Below, one piece after another: positions 27,052 to 35,334 of a stretch of 64,000 bases of DNA. Every line of letters begins with the position of its first letter. Position 1 is the stretch's first letter. The notes under the pieces are model-generated. The model was not told the origin of the DNA, searched no databases, and saw only the letters and a program-made list of their open reading frames with translations. Source of the DNA: Myxococcota bacterium (GTDB lineage: Bacteria > Myxococcota_A > UBA796 > CAJQPC01); assembly GCA_036021505.1 (NCBI GenBank), contig JAYXVV010000150.1:26356-90355 (forward strand). Reading direction: 5' to 3'. Position numbers and translations under genes: made by a program.

Positions 27052-28649
27052 CAAATGGCGCCTCCGGGCCCTAAGCTTAGCTGAGAGAGGTGCCAAATGG
27101 CGCCCCCCTCTGCAAGGAAATGGGGATCCCCGAGGCCTTCAATTGCCTCCTCAACCCAGCCCTCTCGGACCAAAATCGTGGAGATTTTCGCCTGAAGAAA
27201 ACCGTCGACGTCGAGCAGATCAGGAGGGCCTGATGACTCTTCTCGACCCAGCCCACAAAGCCAAGCCCCGGTCGGACTTTGTTCGATCCCGAGAACCGGT
27301 CCTGGGACGTTGGGACGGAGTGCCAGATCTCGCGCGTGGGCGCGCTGCTCATAAAGGGCCCGCTGCGGGTGAAGCCCAGGCCCCCCGAGCGGAAGAACGA
27401 GCACACGGCCCTCCTCATTTCCCAACTTCGAGAACACCTCAGCCACGTTGCTGGAGGTTGTAGGCAGAGGGGCGAGACCCGGCCCCAACAGGACCAATTC
27501 CAACACAACCACGGCCGCAATGGCTCGGGTTCGACCGAAAGCCAAGGCTCCTCTTGCCGCAAGAACCACCAATGCAAGGTGACCCAAGAGCATCACCCGA
27601 CCCGAGTGGTTGATCCGATCGAAGAATGGAAGAGCGTTGAACCCGGAATGAACGGGGTTGAGTAGCCCCGTGGACTCCCCTGCTACTCGAAATTCGGGCC
27701 CACAGGCGTAGAGGACACAGGCACCAAAGAGCAGCCACCACCCGGTGGAACGAACCCAGAGCGCGCACCCCAGCAGCACCCATCCCAGATACATCGGGTG
27801 CAGACGAACCACCGCATTTTCCGGGACGTTCATCGACCGCGGATCGAAAAACGAAGCCAAATCCACAACACGAACCGGATTGACTCTCCAGAGAGGCTCA
27901 AAATTCGGCAGATGTGCCTCACCAAAGCGATGTCCTTCTCCAAAGATCCTGCCCCCGAATAAACCGAGAGCTGGCAATGCGATTGCTGCTGCGAGGATCC
28001 CTGCGAGCAACCAATCTCGGATCCCTTCCCGTCGCAGCAACGCCCGAACACCGAGAATTCCCGCAACCAAGGCCGCAAGAAAGGTCAGATAAAGACCGGT
28101 CCAAGCCGTCAGTCCGAGAAGTAAGCCACCCCAAAGCCGCTCTTGGCTCCGTCTGGGATAGATCAACAAGGCCAGCGAAAAAGCGACAAGGCCCAGTCCC
28201 AAATCCTCGGTCAAGCCTGAAGAGATCGAGCCCAAAAACACCGGAGAGAGAGCCACTCCGAGCCCGCCGACAAGAGGGCTCCCGCCCGCTCGGCCGGCCA
28301 GGAATGCCCCTCCAAAAAACCCAAGGACCAGCCCGAGCACAATCAAGGCATTCCAGCCCACTCCATACCCCAACAGACGCCCCGTTGCGGCAGCAACCGC
28401 CGTACTCAGGGGGTCGACCACCGGCCATTCAGAGGCTCCCAGAACGCGATCATTGCCCGCTGGCCATGCCCAGAGGGCCTCACCATGCCACCACTGAACC
28501 CAGGCGTGCCCATACAGCTCGCCTCCGCGCCAGCCCAACAGTTGATCCCCCCCAGCCCACAGCCTCGCTGTGAGAAAAAGCACAACGAGAGTGCACACTG
28601 TACAAAGCCCTGAGCGGGAAATATGGCGATGGGGAGGTTCTGTGAACAT
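27051..28649 (-). CDS. Multi-pass membrane protein, GT-C-like glycosyltransferase, paralog 2
   Basis: Many TM helices; GELYGHAWVQWW, VVDP, SGLTE, NHSGR, GRVLVLP...EQRAH match paralog 1. Confidence 0.58.
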   Translation of the reverse strand: MFTEPPHRHISRSGLCTVCTLVVLFLTARLWAGGDQLLGWRGGELYGHAWVQWWHGEALWAWPAGNDRVLGASEWPVVDPLSTAVAAATGRLLGYGVGWNALIVLGLVLGFFGGAFLAGRAGGSPLVGGLGVALSPVFLGSISSGLTEDLGLGLVAFSLALLIYPRRSQERLWGGLLLGLTAWTGLYLTFLAALVAGILGVRALLRREGIRDWLLAGILAAAIALPALGLFGGRIFGEGHRFGEAHLPNFEPLWRVNPVRVVDLASFFDPRSMNVPENAVVRLHPMYLGWVLLGCALWVRSTGWWLLFGACVLYACGPEFRVAGESTGLLNPVHSGFNALPFFDRINHSGRVMLLGHLALVVLAARGALAFGRTRAIAAVVVLELVLLGPGLAPLPTTSSNVAEVFSKLGNEEGRVLVLPLGGPGLHPQRALYEQRAHARDLALRPNVPGPVLGIEQSPTGAWLCGLGREESSGPPDLLDVDGFLQAKISTILVREGWVEEAIEGLGDPHFLAEGGAIWHLSQLSLGPGGAI

Positions 28650-28765
28650 GCTCTCAGCGGAGATCTCAGGCAGCCTCTACTCTACGTCAGGCCGGTGAAA
28701 ATGGCACCCCTATCAACGCCCTCGTTCAGGGACTTCGGCTATTATTTGGGGTAGAGGAGGTCCTC

Positions 28766-28921
28766 ATGTGGCAGGCCTGGCGAAAAGCGGTGATTGCTCT
28801 GGCGATCGCCATGATCCCGGTCTACATCGGACTCTTTCTGGCTCACAAACAGCAGCAAGAGCGCGACCGGCTCTCAGTCCCTGCACCCAATCCGAGTGAG
28901 GGGCATGGGACTCCCCTCTGA
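28766..28921 (+). CDS. Small single-pass membrane protein (51 aa), not in the ORF track
   Basis: GAGGAGG SD 5 nt before ATG; MWQAWRKAVIALAIAMIPVYIGLFLAHKQQQERDRLSVPAPNPSEGHGTPL*; one clear TM helix. Confidence 0.6.
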   Translation: MWQAWRKAVIALAIAMIPVYIGLFLAHKQQQERDRLSVPAPNPSEGHGTPL

Positions 28922-29707
28922 TGAGGTGAACACACGCCCCGTCAAGTCCAGCGTGAGCGCTTCCCCCTGTCTCTCCAGGCGGAGGGGCACGCTCCGCTTG
29001 GGGGGCTGGAGCCAGTGCGCCTCCGAATTCGATGGATCCACCTCCCACTCCCAGGCAGACAAGTACCCGCGGAGAATTACCCGATCGCCCTCTCGAGAAA
29101 AGTCCCCGCCAGTGAGTTTGGGCAGACGGACTCCAAGCACTTCCTCACTCAGAGTGGCCACCTTCTCGAGAACCCCCTCTCCAGGGTTGAGAGGGACGCG
29201 AAACACCTGTGGCGAGCGACTTTCTTTGGTGACCACGTAGATGCGTCCTGTGAGGGGATGCACAAGGAGTGTCTCGGCATCTTCTGCGCCCTCCGGGTAG
29301 CGAACCGACCACGATGCTGTCGGGCTCGACTCCACCCCTGAGTCCGTCTCTCGAAAGGCCCAGATGTGAATTCGATCATGCTGCCTCAGATTGTCCCCAA
29401 TGTCCCCGACATAGAGGCAGTCTCCCCCCTCTGGACAGGGTCCGGAAGCCATGTCCTCCCAGTCTCGGGCAGAAACCTCTTGGAGCGGCACGGTCAGTAC
29501 CCGACCGCCGTCAACCGAGAACCGAAACAGCCTCGCCTGATCCCCCGAGTCATTGTGGGTGTAAAACACGCCATCCTGCTTCCTGGAGGCCGCAAGCCCT
29601 GATGACTCGTCGATCTCGGGGGCTTGCAAGCGCAGGACAAGGCGGGGACGACTGAAGTCCTCACAGGGGTTTGCAGTTGCGACAGCGATCCAGGCGGAAA
29701 TCCACAT
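28874..29707 (-). CDS. Secreted beta-propeller-like hypothetical protein (ESSGL...HNDSG family)
   Basis: EIDESSGLAAS, YTHNDSG, DWEDMA, LYVGDIGDN, DAETL, IYVVTK, QGEAL. ATG 29707 gives a short signal-like MWISAWIAVATA. Confidence 0.6.
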   Translation of the reverse strand: MWISAWIAVATANPCEDFSRPRLVLRLQAPEIDESSGLAASRKQDGVFYTHNDSGDQARLFRFSVDGGRVLTVPLQEVSARDWEDMASGPCPEGGDCLYVGDIGDNLRQHDRIHIWAFRETDSGVESSPTASWSVRYPEGAEDAETLLVHPLTGRIYVVTKESRSPQVFRVPLNPGEGVLEKVATLSEEVLGVRLPKLTGGDFSREGDRVILRGYLSAWEWEVDPSNSEAHWLQPPKRSVPLRLERQGEALTLDLTGRVFTSSEGSPMPLTRIGCRD

Positions 29708-29747
29708 GTTTCGCAGCTTAGCCCATAAATGAGGATACAATCAGCAC

Positions 29748-30434
29748 ATGAAGACACTCTCTTTGATTCTTTTGATGCTTCCCCTTGGGTGCAAAGGGTC
29801 CTCGGAAGCCGAAGGTCCACTGGATACAGGTGGCTCGGAAACGGGCACTCCCGCCGACACGGCTGAGGAGTCCAAGGACTCCGGCGAAGCCGAGGACACC
29901 GATGAACCCTCCGACTCCAGCGAGCCCGACGACACTGAGACCACGCCTGAGGCGGGTCCCAATGCACGGCCCGACTTCTCTCTGACCGACGTCAACAGCA
30001 GCTCATCGACGGCAGGAGAACAGGTCTCGCCTCGTGACTACCTGGAACAAGTGTCCGGCTGGTATTTCACTCACGCCACGTGAGGCTACTGTGGGAGCCA
30101 GTTCGGCGCCCTTGACGACCTCCAAAACGACCTCGCAAAGAGCGGCGGGACTCCCGTCCAGATTCTGGCCATCAACCAAGCGGGCTACGAATCGGGTGAA
30201 GCCAAGATGGCCCGTCTCGGAGACCTGCCTCTTCTGGCGGACACAGCAAACAACGCGGTCTGGGACTCCTGGAACGTCACCTACCGAGACGTGGTGATTC
30301 TCGATGGGAAAAACGAGTGCTATGCCGTCTTCAATGTGACGGGCAACAGCATCGAGGAGCCCGCCAACTACGCCAAGATCAAGGCGCTCTTTGAAGGTGC
30401 TCGGAACGGCGATCCCTCTCCAGGCTGCCCCTAA
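29748..30434 (+). CDS. Putative selenoprotein: lipoprotein with thioredoxin/peroxiredoxin-like (redoxin) domain, U-x-x-C motif, 228 aa with Sec at codon 112
   Basis: ORFs 29748-30083 and 30207-30434 share a frame with one TGA (30081-30083) between them. Read-through gives PDFSLTDVN...WYFTHAT-U-GYC-GSQFGALDDL...VQILAIN...LPLLAD...VWDSWNVTYRDVVILD. Lipobox LPLGC. SECIS-like hairpin follows the TGA. Confidence 0.85.
30084..30111 (+). promoter_or_regulatory. Candidate bacterial SECIS element
   Basis: Hairpin GGG-A-GCC[AGUUC]GGC-G-CCC (30093-30111). Apical loop begins 16 nt after the UGA and has G at its second position, fitting the bacterial SECIS model. Folding judged by eye. Confidence 0.6.
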
Positions 30435-31693
30435 GGAGTCCATCCTTCTGGGGGCGTTACCTCAGGGTCCAACCACACCCCTGTAAGGCTCTCCAGGAAC
30501 GCGATCAGTTCGTCTTTCTCAGCCGGTGAGAGCTGGAGAGGGCTCAATCGGCTGTCGGTTTCCCCCTCGCGCGGCGTCTCCGTCAGGCCGTCATAGTGTT
30601 CGATGACCTCCTCCAAGCTCGCATGCTGTCCGCCGTGCATGTAGGGCGCTGTGAGCGCCACATTCCTCAAGCTTGGCACCCGGAACGCTCCGCGCTGCGA
30701 CTCCAGAGACTCCAGCGATTCCAGCCGTTCTGCCCGTGCTCCTGCCGGGTCATCGCTGTAGAGTCCTGCGGAGTTGAACGGATCCTCCAAGACATCGAGG
30801 ACCCCCTCTATTCGACCTTCATCGGGCTCGGTGAGCCACTCGCGATCGCCGACTCCGCTGTTGTAGAAGTCTCCATTGCTCAAACGGGGGCCGCTGTGGC
30901 ATTGCACACAACCGGCTTTTCCCACAAACAACTTGAAGCCTGCGAGGGCTTGCCGATCGTAAAGCGCCTGTCCGATGGGATTGTCCTCCGCCACCGCTTC
31001 GCCGAACATGTCAAAGGCGCTTCCAACCCGGTCAATTCGGCCTTGGAAGGCCCCAAGCGTCTTCATGGAGTTGGTGAGGACCCGGTTGACCGCATCCTGG
31101 TCGGCTTCGCTCATTCCCATCCACGCCAGGTGCTCAGAACTCTCTTCATCCGACCAGTTGGGGCGAGCGACTTTCGGAAACCGGGCGGCATCCAGCAGAT
31201 CGGGCATTTCGCCAAAAATGGCCTCGTATCGCTCACGGTAATCGAGATCGCTGAAGAGAAGATGGGCGAGCTCCGAACGTGTGAAGGCCATCTCCGAGGG
31301 GTTTTCCATGGGTCCCACACCCTGGCACCACAGGCTGTCGCACCCGCCGTCCCACAAGTACCAATCTTGATGGGCAGCTCCCAACAGGGTCGGCGTGTGA
31401 CGAGCGGCCACCCCGATCCCCTCCGCAATCACCCGACCATCGGCAAAACCCAGCTCAGGTTGATGGCACGACCCGCAAGAGAGCGCTCCATTCGCACTCA
31501 AGCGCCGGTCGTAGAAGAGATCTCTGCCCAGGGATTGCGCCTCCAGGTCATCAAAGACTGCATTGGTGGGATCGGTTGGACCCTCTCCCTTCCAACGCAT
31601 CTCCTCCAGAGCAATCCGCTCTAGAGGGTCCAAAAGGGCCTCGCTCTCCACACAGCCGAGGACTGCTGGGAAAAGAAATACCATGCGCATCAT
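30431..31693 (-). CDS. Di-heme cytochrome c peroxidase family lipoprotein (bCcP/MauG/MbnH superfamily)
   Basis: LGRDLFYDRRLS, CGSCH, WDG, CVQCH, FRVPSLRNVALTAPYMHGG. Lipobox VLGC with ATG at 31693. Confidence 0.9.
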   Translation of the reverse strand: MMRMVFLFPAVLGCVESEALLDPLERIALEEMRWKGEGPTDPTNAVFDDLEAQSLGRDLFYDRRLSANGALSCGSCHQPELGFADGRVIAEGIGVAARHTPTLLGAAHQDWYLWDGGCDSLWCQGVGPMENPSEMAFTRSELAHLLFSDLDYRERYEAIFGEMPDLLDAARFPKVARPNWSDEESSEHLAWMGMSEADQDAVNRVLTNSMKTLGAFQGRIDRVGSAFDMFGEAVAEDNPIGQALYDRQALAGFKLFVGKAGCVQCHSGPRLSNGDFYNSGVGDREWLTEPDEGRIEGVLDVLEDPFNSAGLYSDDPAGARAERLESLESLESQRGAFRVPSLRNVALTAPYMHGGQHASLEEVIEHYDGLTETPREGETDSRLSPLQLSPAEKDELIAFLESLTGVWLDPEVTPPEGWTP

Positions 31694-31757
31694 GTGTCTA
31701 TTGTGGCCGGTTTTGGAGGAGTGCCACAAGGAGATATGATCGAAAGGTCACGATGAA

Positions 31758-33566
31758 TTGGGAGCCCCTCTGACTGCCACGCCCAAAAACGACGAGCGAC
31801 CACACTTTCCAGAGCCGGCCCACGCTGCAGCGGCCCTGCTGAGCCTGGGCTTTGCCTGGCTGATGTTGGCATCAACCCTCAAGGATCCGGGCACACGACT
31901 CGTCGGCAATTGGATGCATCCCGACTGCCTCGGAAACCACTGGCTTCTCGTGTGGGTCGCTGAACGCGCTCTGGGCTTTGAATCCTTGCTCCACAATTCG
32001 AGCTACTATGCGCCCTTTGGAGATGCTCCATGGCTCGCAGGAAACGGCTCCCAGGGTCTTTTCTACAGCCTTTTCCACAGCGTACTCGACTGGCCGGAAA
32101 GCAGCACTGCCTATCTGTTTTTTGTGTGCGCCTTCAACAACATCTCTGCCTATGTCCTCGCGCGATGCCTGAACGTTCATCGATGGAGTGCGTTGATCCT
32201 CTTGGCGGTCATCGGCTGCTCACCGTACCTCGCTCAAGAACTTTCAAGTGGCCGATTTTCACAGGCTGACCTCGGCTTCTTTCTCTTGAGCATCGCCCTG
32301 TTTTTTCGCCTCTTGGAGCATCCCTCCCGATCCACGACGCTCCTCCTCGGTCTCTGCGGGGCCCTCACAAGCCTGCTCTACTTTTATTACGGCTTCTTTC
32401 TCCTGTTGATCGGGCTCCCTGTGCTTCTGATTCGGCGCCTGCAGGGAGACCGGATTCCTGGCGAACTTCTCCGGGCCTGTGGGCTGGCTCTCGTGCTCTT
32501 ACTCCCCTTGCTGGGCGTCTTCATGGCCCATTGGGAGGGCATTCCAGGGAGTGCCGAACCCTTCCCTCATCCGGAGTCCTATGGAGATTCATCCGGCGCC
32601 TCACTCAAGTTCTTCCTCTTCGGAGAAGCCCGATTTGTTGGGTTTTGTCAGAGCCTGCCTGTGCTCCTCCTCTTCTTTTCAGCCCTGCTGCGCTGGCCCC
32701 TCCAGAAGTTTTCAGGCCTTCTCCTTGCAGGGGCACTCGCCTGGTGGCTCTGCCTCGGCCCCAACGCGGGTCTCTACAACTGGATCTATGGCCTGCATCC
32801 CTTCCTCGAACGCTTCTGGTGGCCCTACCGCCACGCCATCATCGTCACGACACTCTTGGGTGCAGTGGCCTGTTTTGGTCTGCCGAAACACATTGCCGAC
32901 AAAAAGTGGCCTGTGCTCCTGATCGTCACAGCCATTCCGATTTCGCTCGAGATCCAAGGCGTCCGCTATCAAGCCAAAAGCAGCGTCATTTCTCTTCCTC
33001 ACCCGCTCTACGAGAAGCTGCATCGCTTGGAGGGAGACATTCTCCTCCAGACACCGCTCCACCCCCAACGAACCACGTCCCAGGTTCCACTGATTGCTCA
33101 GCTCACCCACCAGAAGCGCCTCATCAACGGACATGCTCCGTGGGTGGATCGGGTTCGCCCTGCTGCCTGGGATGCACTTCTCGAGAGCAACAGCTTTTTT
33201 TCGGCCCTCATCGCCTATGAGACTGGAGAAGCCTCAGGAGACATGTTCTTTGAGCCCAGCGATCTGACTGCTCTCCAAGAAATGGGACTGCGTCACCTTG
33301 TCGTTGACCAAGAACTCTATGTGTTGCCGCTCAAAGAGCTGAGCATCGGCACACGAAAGGCCTTCCAGAGACTGTTTGGTCCGCCGGTTATTCAAGAAAA
33401 ACGCTCGTGGGTTTTTGACATTCAAAACTGGAGAGGAGAAAGTTTTCTTCGGTTTGATGCGTGGAGTCCGCCTGCGGACGAGCAACTCGAGCGCCCCGGA
33501 CAACCCATGCCTGGGCGCCGGCTGCCCTCGCAATTTTTTCCACCCCACCCCCAGGAGTCTCCCTAA
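31758..33566 (+). CDS. Multi-pass membrane protein, GT-C-like glycosyltransferase, paralog 3
   Basis: HPDCLGNHWLLVWV, YYAPFG, SPY...SSGRF, YFYYG, FWWPYRH, ILLQTP...QLTHQKRLING; about 12 TM helices plus a C-terminal soluble domain. Confidence 0.58.
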   Translation: MGAPLTATPKNDERPHFPEPAHAAAALLSLGFAWLMLASTLKDPGTRLVGNWMHPDCLGNHWLLVWVAERALGFESLLHNSSYYAPFGDAPWLAGNGSQGLFYSLFHSVLDWPESSTAYLFFVCAFNNISAYVLARCLNVHRWSALILLAVIGCSPYLAQELSSGRFSQADLGFFLLSIALFFRLLEHPSRSTTLLLGLCGALTSLLYFYYGFFLLLIGLPVLLIRRLQGDRIPGELLRACGLALVLLLPLLGVFMAHWEGIPGSAEPFPHPESYGDSSGASLKFFLFGEARFVGFCQSLPVLLLFFSALLRWPLQKFSGLLLAGALAWWLCLGPNAGLYNWIYGLHPFLERFWWPYRHAIIVTTLLGAVACFGLPKHIADKKWPVLLIVTAIPISLEIQGVRYQAKSSVISLPHPLYEKLHRLEGDILLQTPLHPQRTTSQVPLIAQLTHQKRLINGHAPWVDRVRPAAWDALLESNSFFSALIAYETGEASGDMFFEPSDLTALQEMGLRHLVVDQELYVLPLKELSIGTRKAFQRLFGPPVIQEKRSWVFDIQNWRGESFLRFDAWSPPADEQLERPGQPMPGRRLPSQFFPPHPQESP

Positions 33567-35329
33567 TGTACACCGCAATCAACTGGAACCTCGACAGTGT
33601 CTTTGACGGTGGAGTCCAGGGGACCCGCTTCAAGGAAACCCTCAAAGCAGTCGAAGAAAGCATTCAGGACTTGAGCGGGCGTGTTCAATCCCTCAAGACC
33701 CTGAAAGACGCTCCAGAGGACTGGGCGAAAATGCTGCTGGAACTTGAGGCGTTGGAGCCTCAAATCAGCAATTGTTGGACCTTTGTCCATTGCCTGAGCT
33801 GTGCCGATACGCGTGACCGAGAAGCCGCCTCCACAGAGTCCCGTATCGGAGAGCTCTGGAGCGCCTACTTGCAGACGCGAATTCCCATCGAGGACGGCAT
33901 CTGCAATGCCTCAGAAGAGGCGTTCCAAGCGCTCATCCGCCTGGACGAACTGGATTCGATCCGAGCTGGGCTCCACAACCTTCGAGAGCAGAAACACCTG
34001 CTGCTCCCTGAGGCCGAGCAGTCGCTGCTCGAATCCCTCACCGTGGACAGCGTTAGCGCCTGGGGCCAGCTCTATTCCCGTCGTTCTGGCCGCATGACTC
34101 TCACGGTCGATGGGGAAGACCTCTCCACCGCCCAAGTGTTCAATCGCTTCTCGGGCGACCCGAATCCCTCCACCCGCATACGGTACTTTGAGGCCTACCA
34201 GGAAGGCTGGAGAGAAGATCGCGATCTCTGGGCCACCATCATGACCCACCTGACGGGAACACGTCGTACAGTCAACGAGCGCCGGGGACTCAGCCCTCTG
34301 GATGAAGTCCTTACACGCTCCCGAATGAAACGGGAAAGCTTGGATGCGATGCATGAGGCCATCGCAATGTTCCGCGTGGAACTTTTGCCGTATCTCCAAG
34401 GCAAAGCCAAGCTTTTGGGGCTCAACGCTTTGGGCTGGCAGGACCTTCGAGCCCCCCTCTCTGTCGGCGGCCTCTCCCACAGCTGGGAGGAGTCAGTGGA
34501 GTTCGTTCTCACGCACTTCAAGACCGCACAGCAGCCTCTTTTTGACCTGGCAAAACGCGCATTTGAGGAGGAATGGATCGAGGCAGAGGACCGACCCCAC
34601 AAAAGAGCGGGAGGCTGGTGTGCCAATGTACCCAAAGTCAACCAATCCCGAATCTTCATGACCCACGGGGGCTCATTCAGCTCCACCGTCACGCTGGCTC
34701 ATGAACTGGGTCATGCCTACCACAACGCCGTGTTGGGCGATCAATCCGTCAGCATCCGTCGGGTGCCCATGACTCTTGCAGAAACAGCCTCGGTTTTTGC
34801 AGAAAACGTCGTTCGGGATGCTGCGCTCGAGAGCGCTCGGGATCCTCAGGCACGCCTCGAAATGCTGGATGCACGCCTTCGATCGGCGGTGTCCTTCCTC
34901 ATGGACATCCCCACCCGATTCTTCTACGAGCTGGAGCTCTACGAGCTGCGAGAAAAAGGCGAGTTCGATCCCGACGAACTCGATGAGTTGATGGTGCGCT
35001 GCCAAAAGGAAAACTTCTGCGACGCACTCTCGACCTGGAACCCCACATTTTGGTCGTCCAAGCTTCACTTCTTCATGGGACGAAGGGCCTTCTACAACTT
35101 TCCCTATTCTTTTGGCTACCTGTTTTCCTCTCTCGTTTACGCCATGGCTCAAACCGCTGGCGACGGCTTCGAGCCCCGCTACGTGCGACTCCTGAAGGAA
35201 ACCGGCTGGCGCAGCGCGGAGGCCATTGCCGAGGAGCACCTCGGTCTCGACCTGACATCACCCTCAACATGGCTCAAGGCCATGGAGCCCATCCGCAAGG
35301 ATCTCGCCGCATTTGCGGACTTGACTTGA
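33566..35329 (+). CDS. M3 family oligoendopeptidase (PepF-like)
   Basis: WNLDSVF, KRAGGWC, TLAHELGHAYH, MTLAETAS, FYNFPYSFG. ATG 33566 overlaps the upstream TAA. Confidence 0.92.
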   Translation: MYTAINWNLDSVFDGGVQGTRFKETLKAVEESIQDLSGRVQSLKTLKDAPEDWAKMLLELEALEPQISNCWTFVHCLSCADTRDREAASTESRIGELWSAYLQTRIPIEDGICNASEEAFQALIRLDELDSIRAGLHNLREQKHLLLPEAEQSLLESLTVDSVSAWGQLYSRRSGRMTLTVDGEDLSTAQVFNRFSGDPNPSTRIRYFEAYQEGWREDRDLWATIMTHLTGTRRTVNERRGLSPLDEVLTRSRMKRESLDAMHEAIAMFRVELLPYLQGKAKLLGLNALGWQDLRAPLSVGGLSHSWEESVEFVLTHFKTAQQPLFDLAKRAFEEEWIEAEDRPHKRAGGWCANVPKVNQSRIFMTHGGSFSSTVTLAHELGHAYHNAVLGDQSVSIRRVPMTLAETASVFAENVVRDAALESARDPQARLEMLDARLRSAVSFLMDIPTRFFYELELYELREKGEFDPDELDELMVRCQKENFCDALSTWNPTFWSSKLHFFMGRRAFYNFPYSFGYLFSSLVYAMAQTAGDGFEPRYVRLLKETGWRSAEAIAEEHLGLDLTSPSTWLKAMEPIRKDLAAFADLT

Positions 35330-35334
35330 GGGCT

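Noticed and set aside
29748-30434. Reading this locus as a nonsense pseudogene, two small genes, or UGA=Trp/Gly recoding
   Set aside because: The stop falls exactly at the CxxC first position with an intact downstream frame and a hairpin; the second ORF starts mid-domain; many other genes here use TGA as a true stop.
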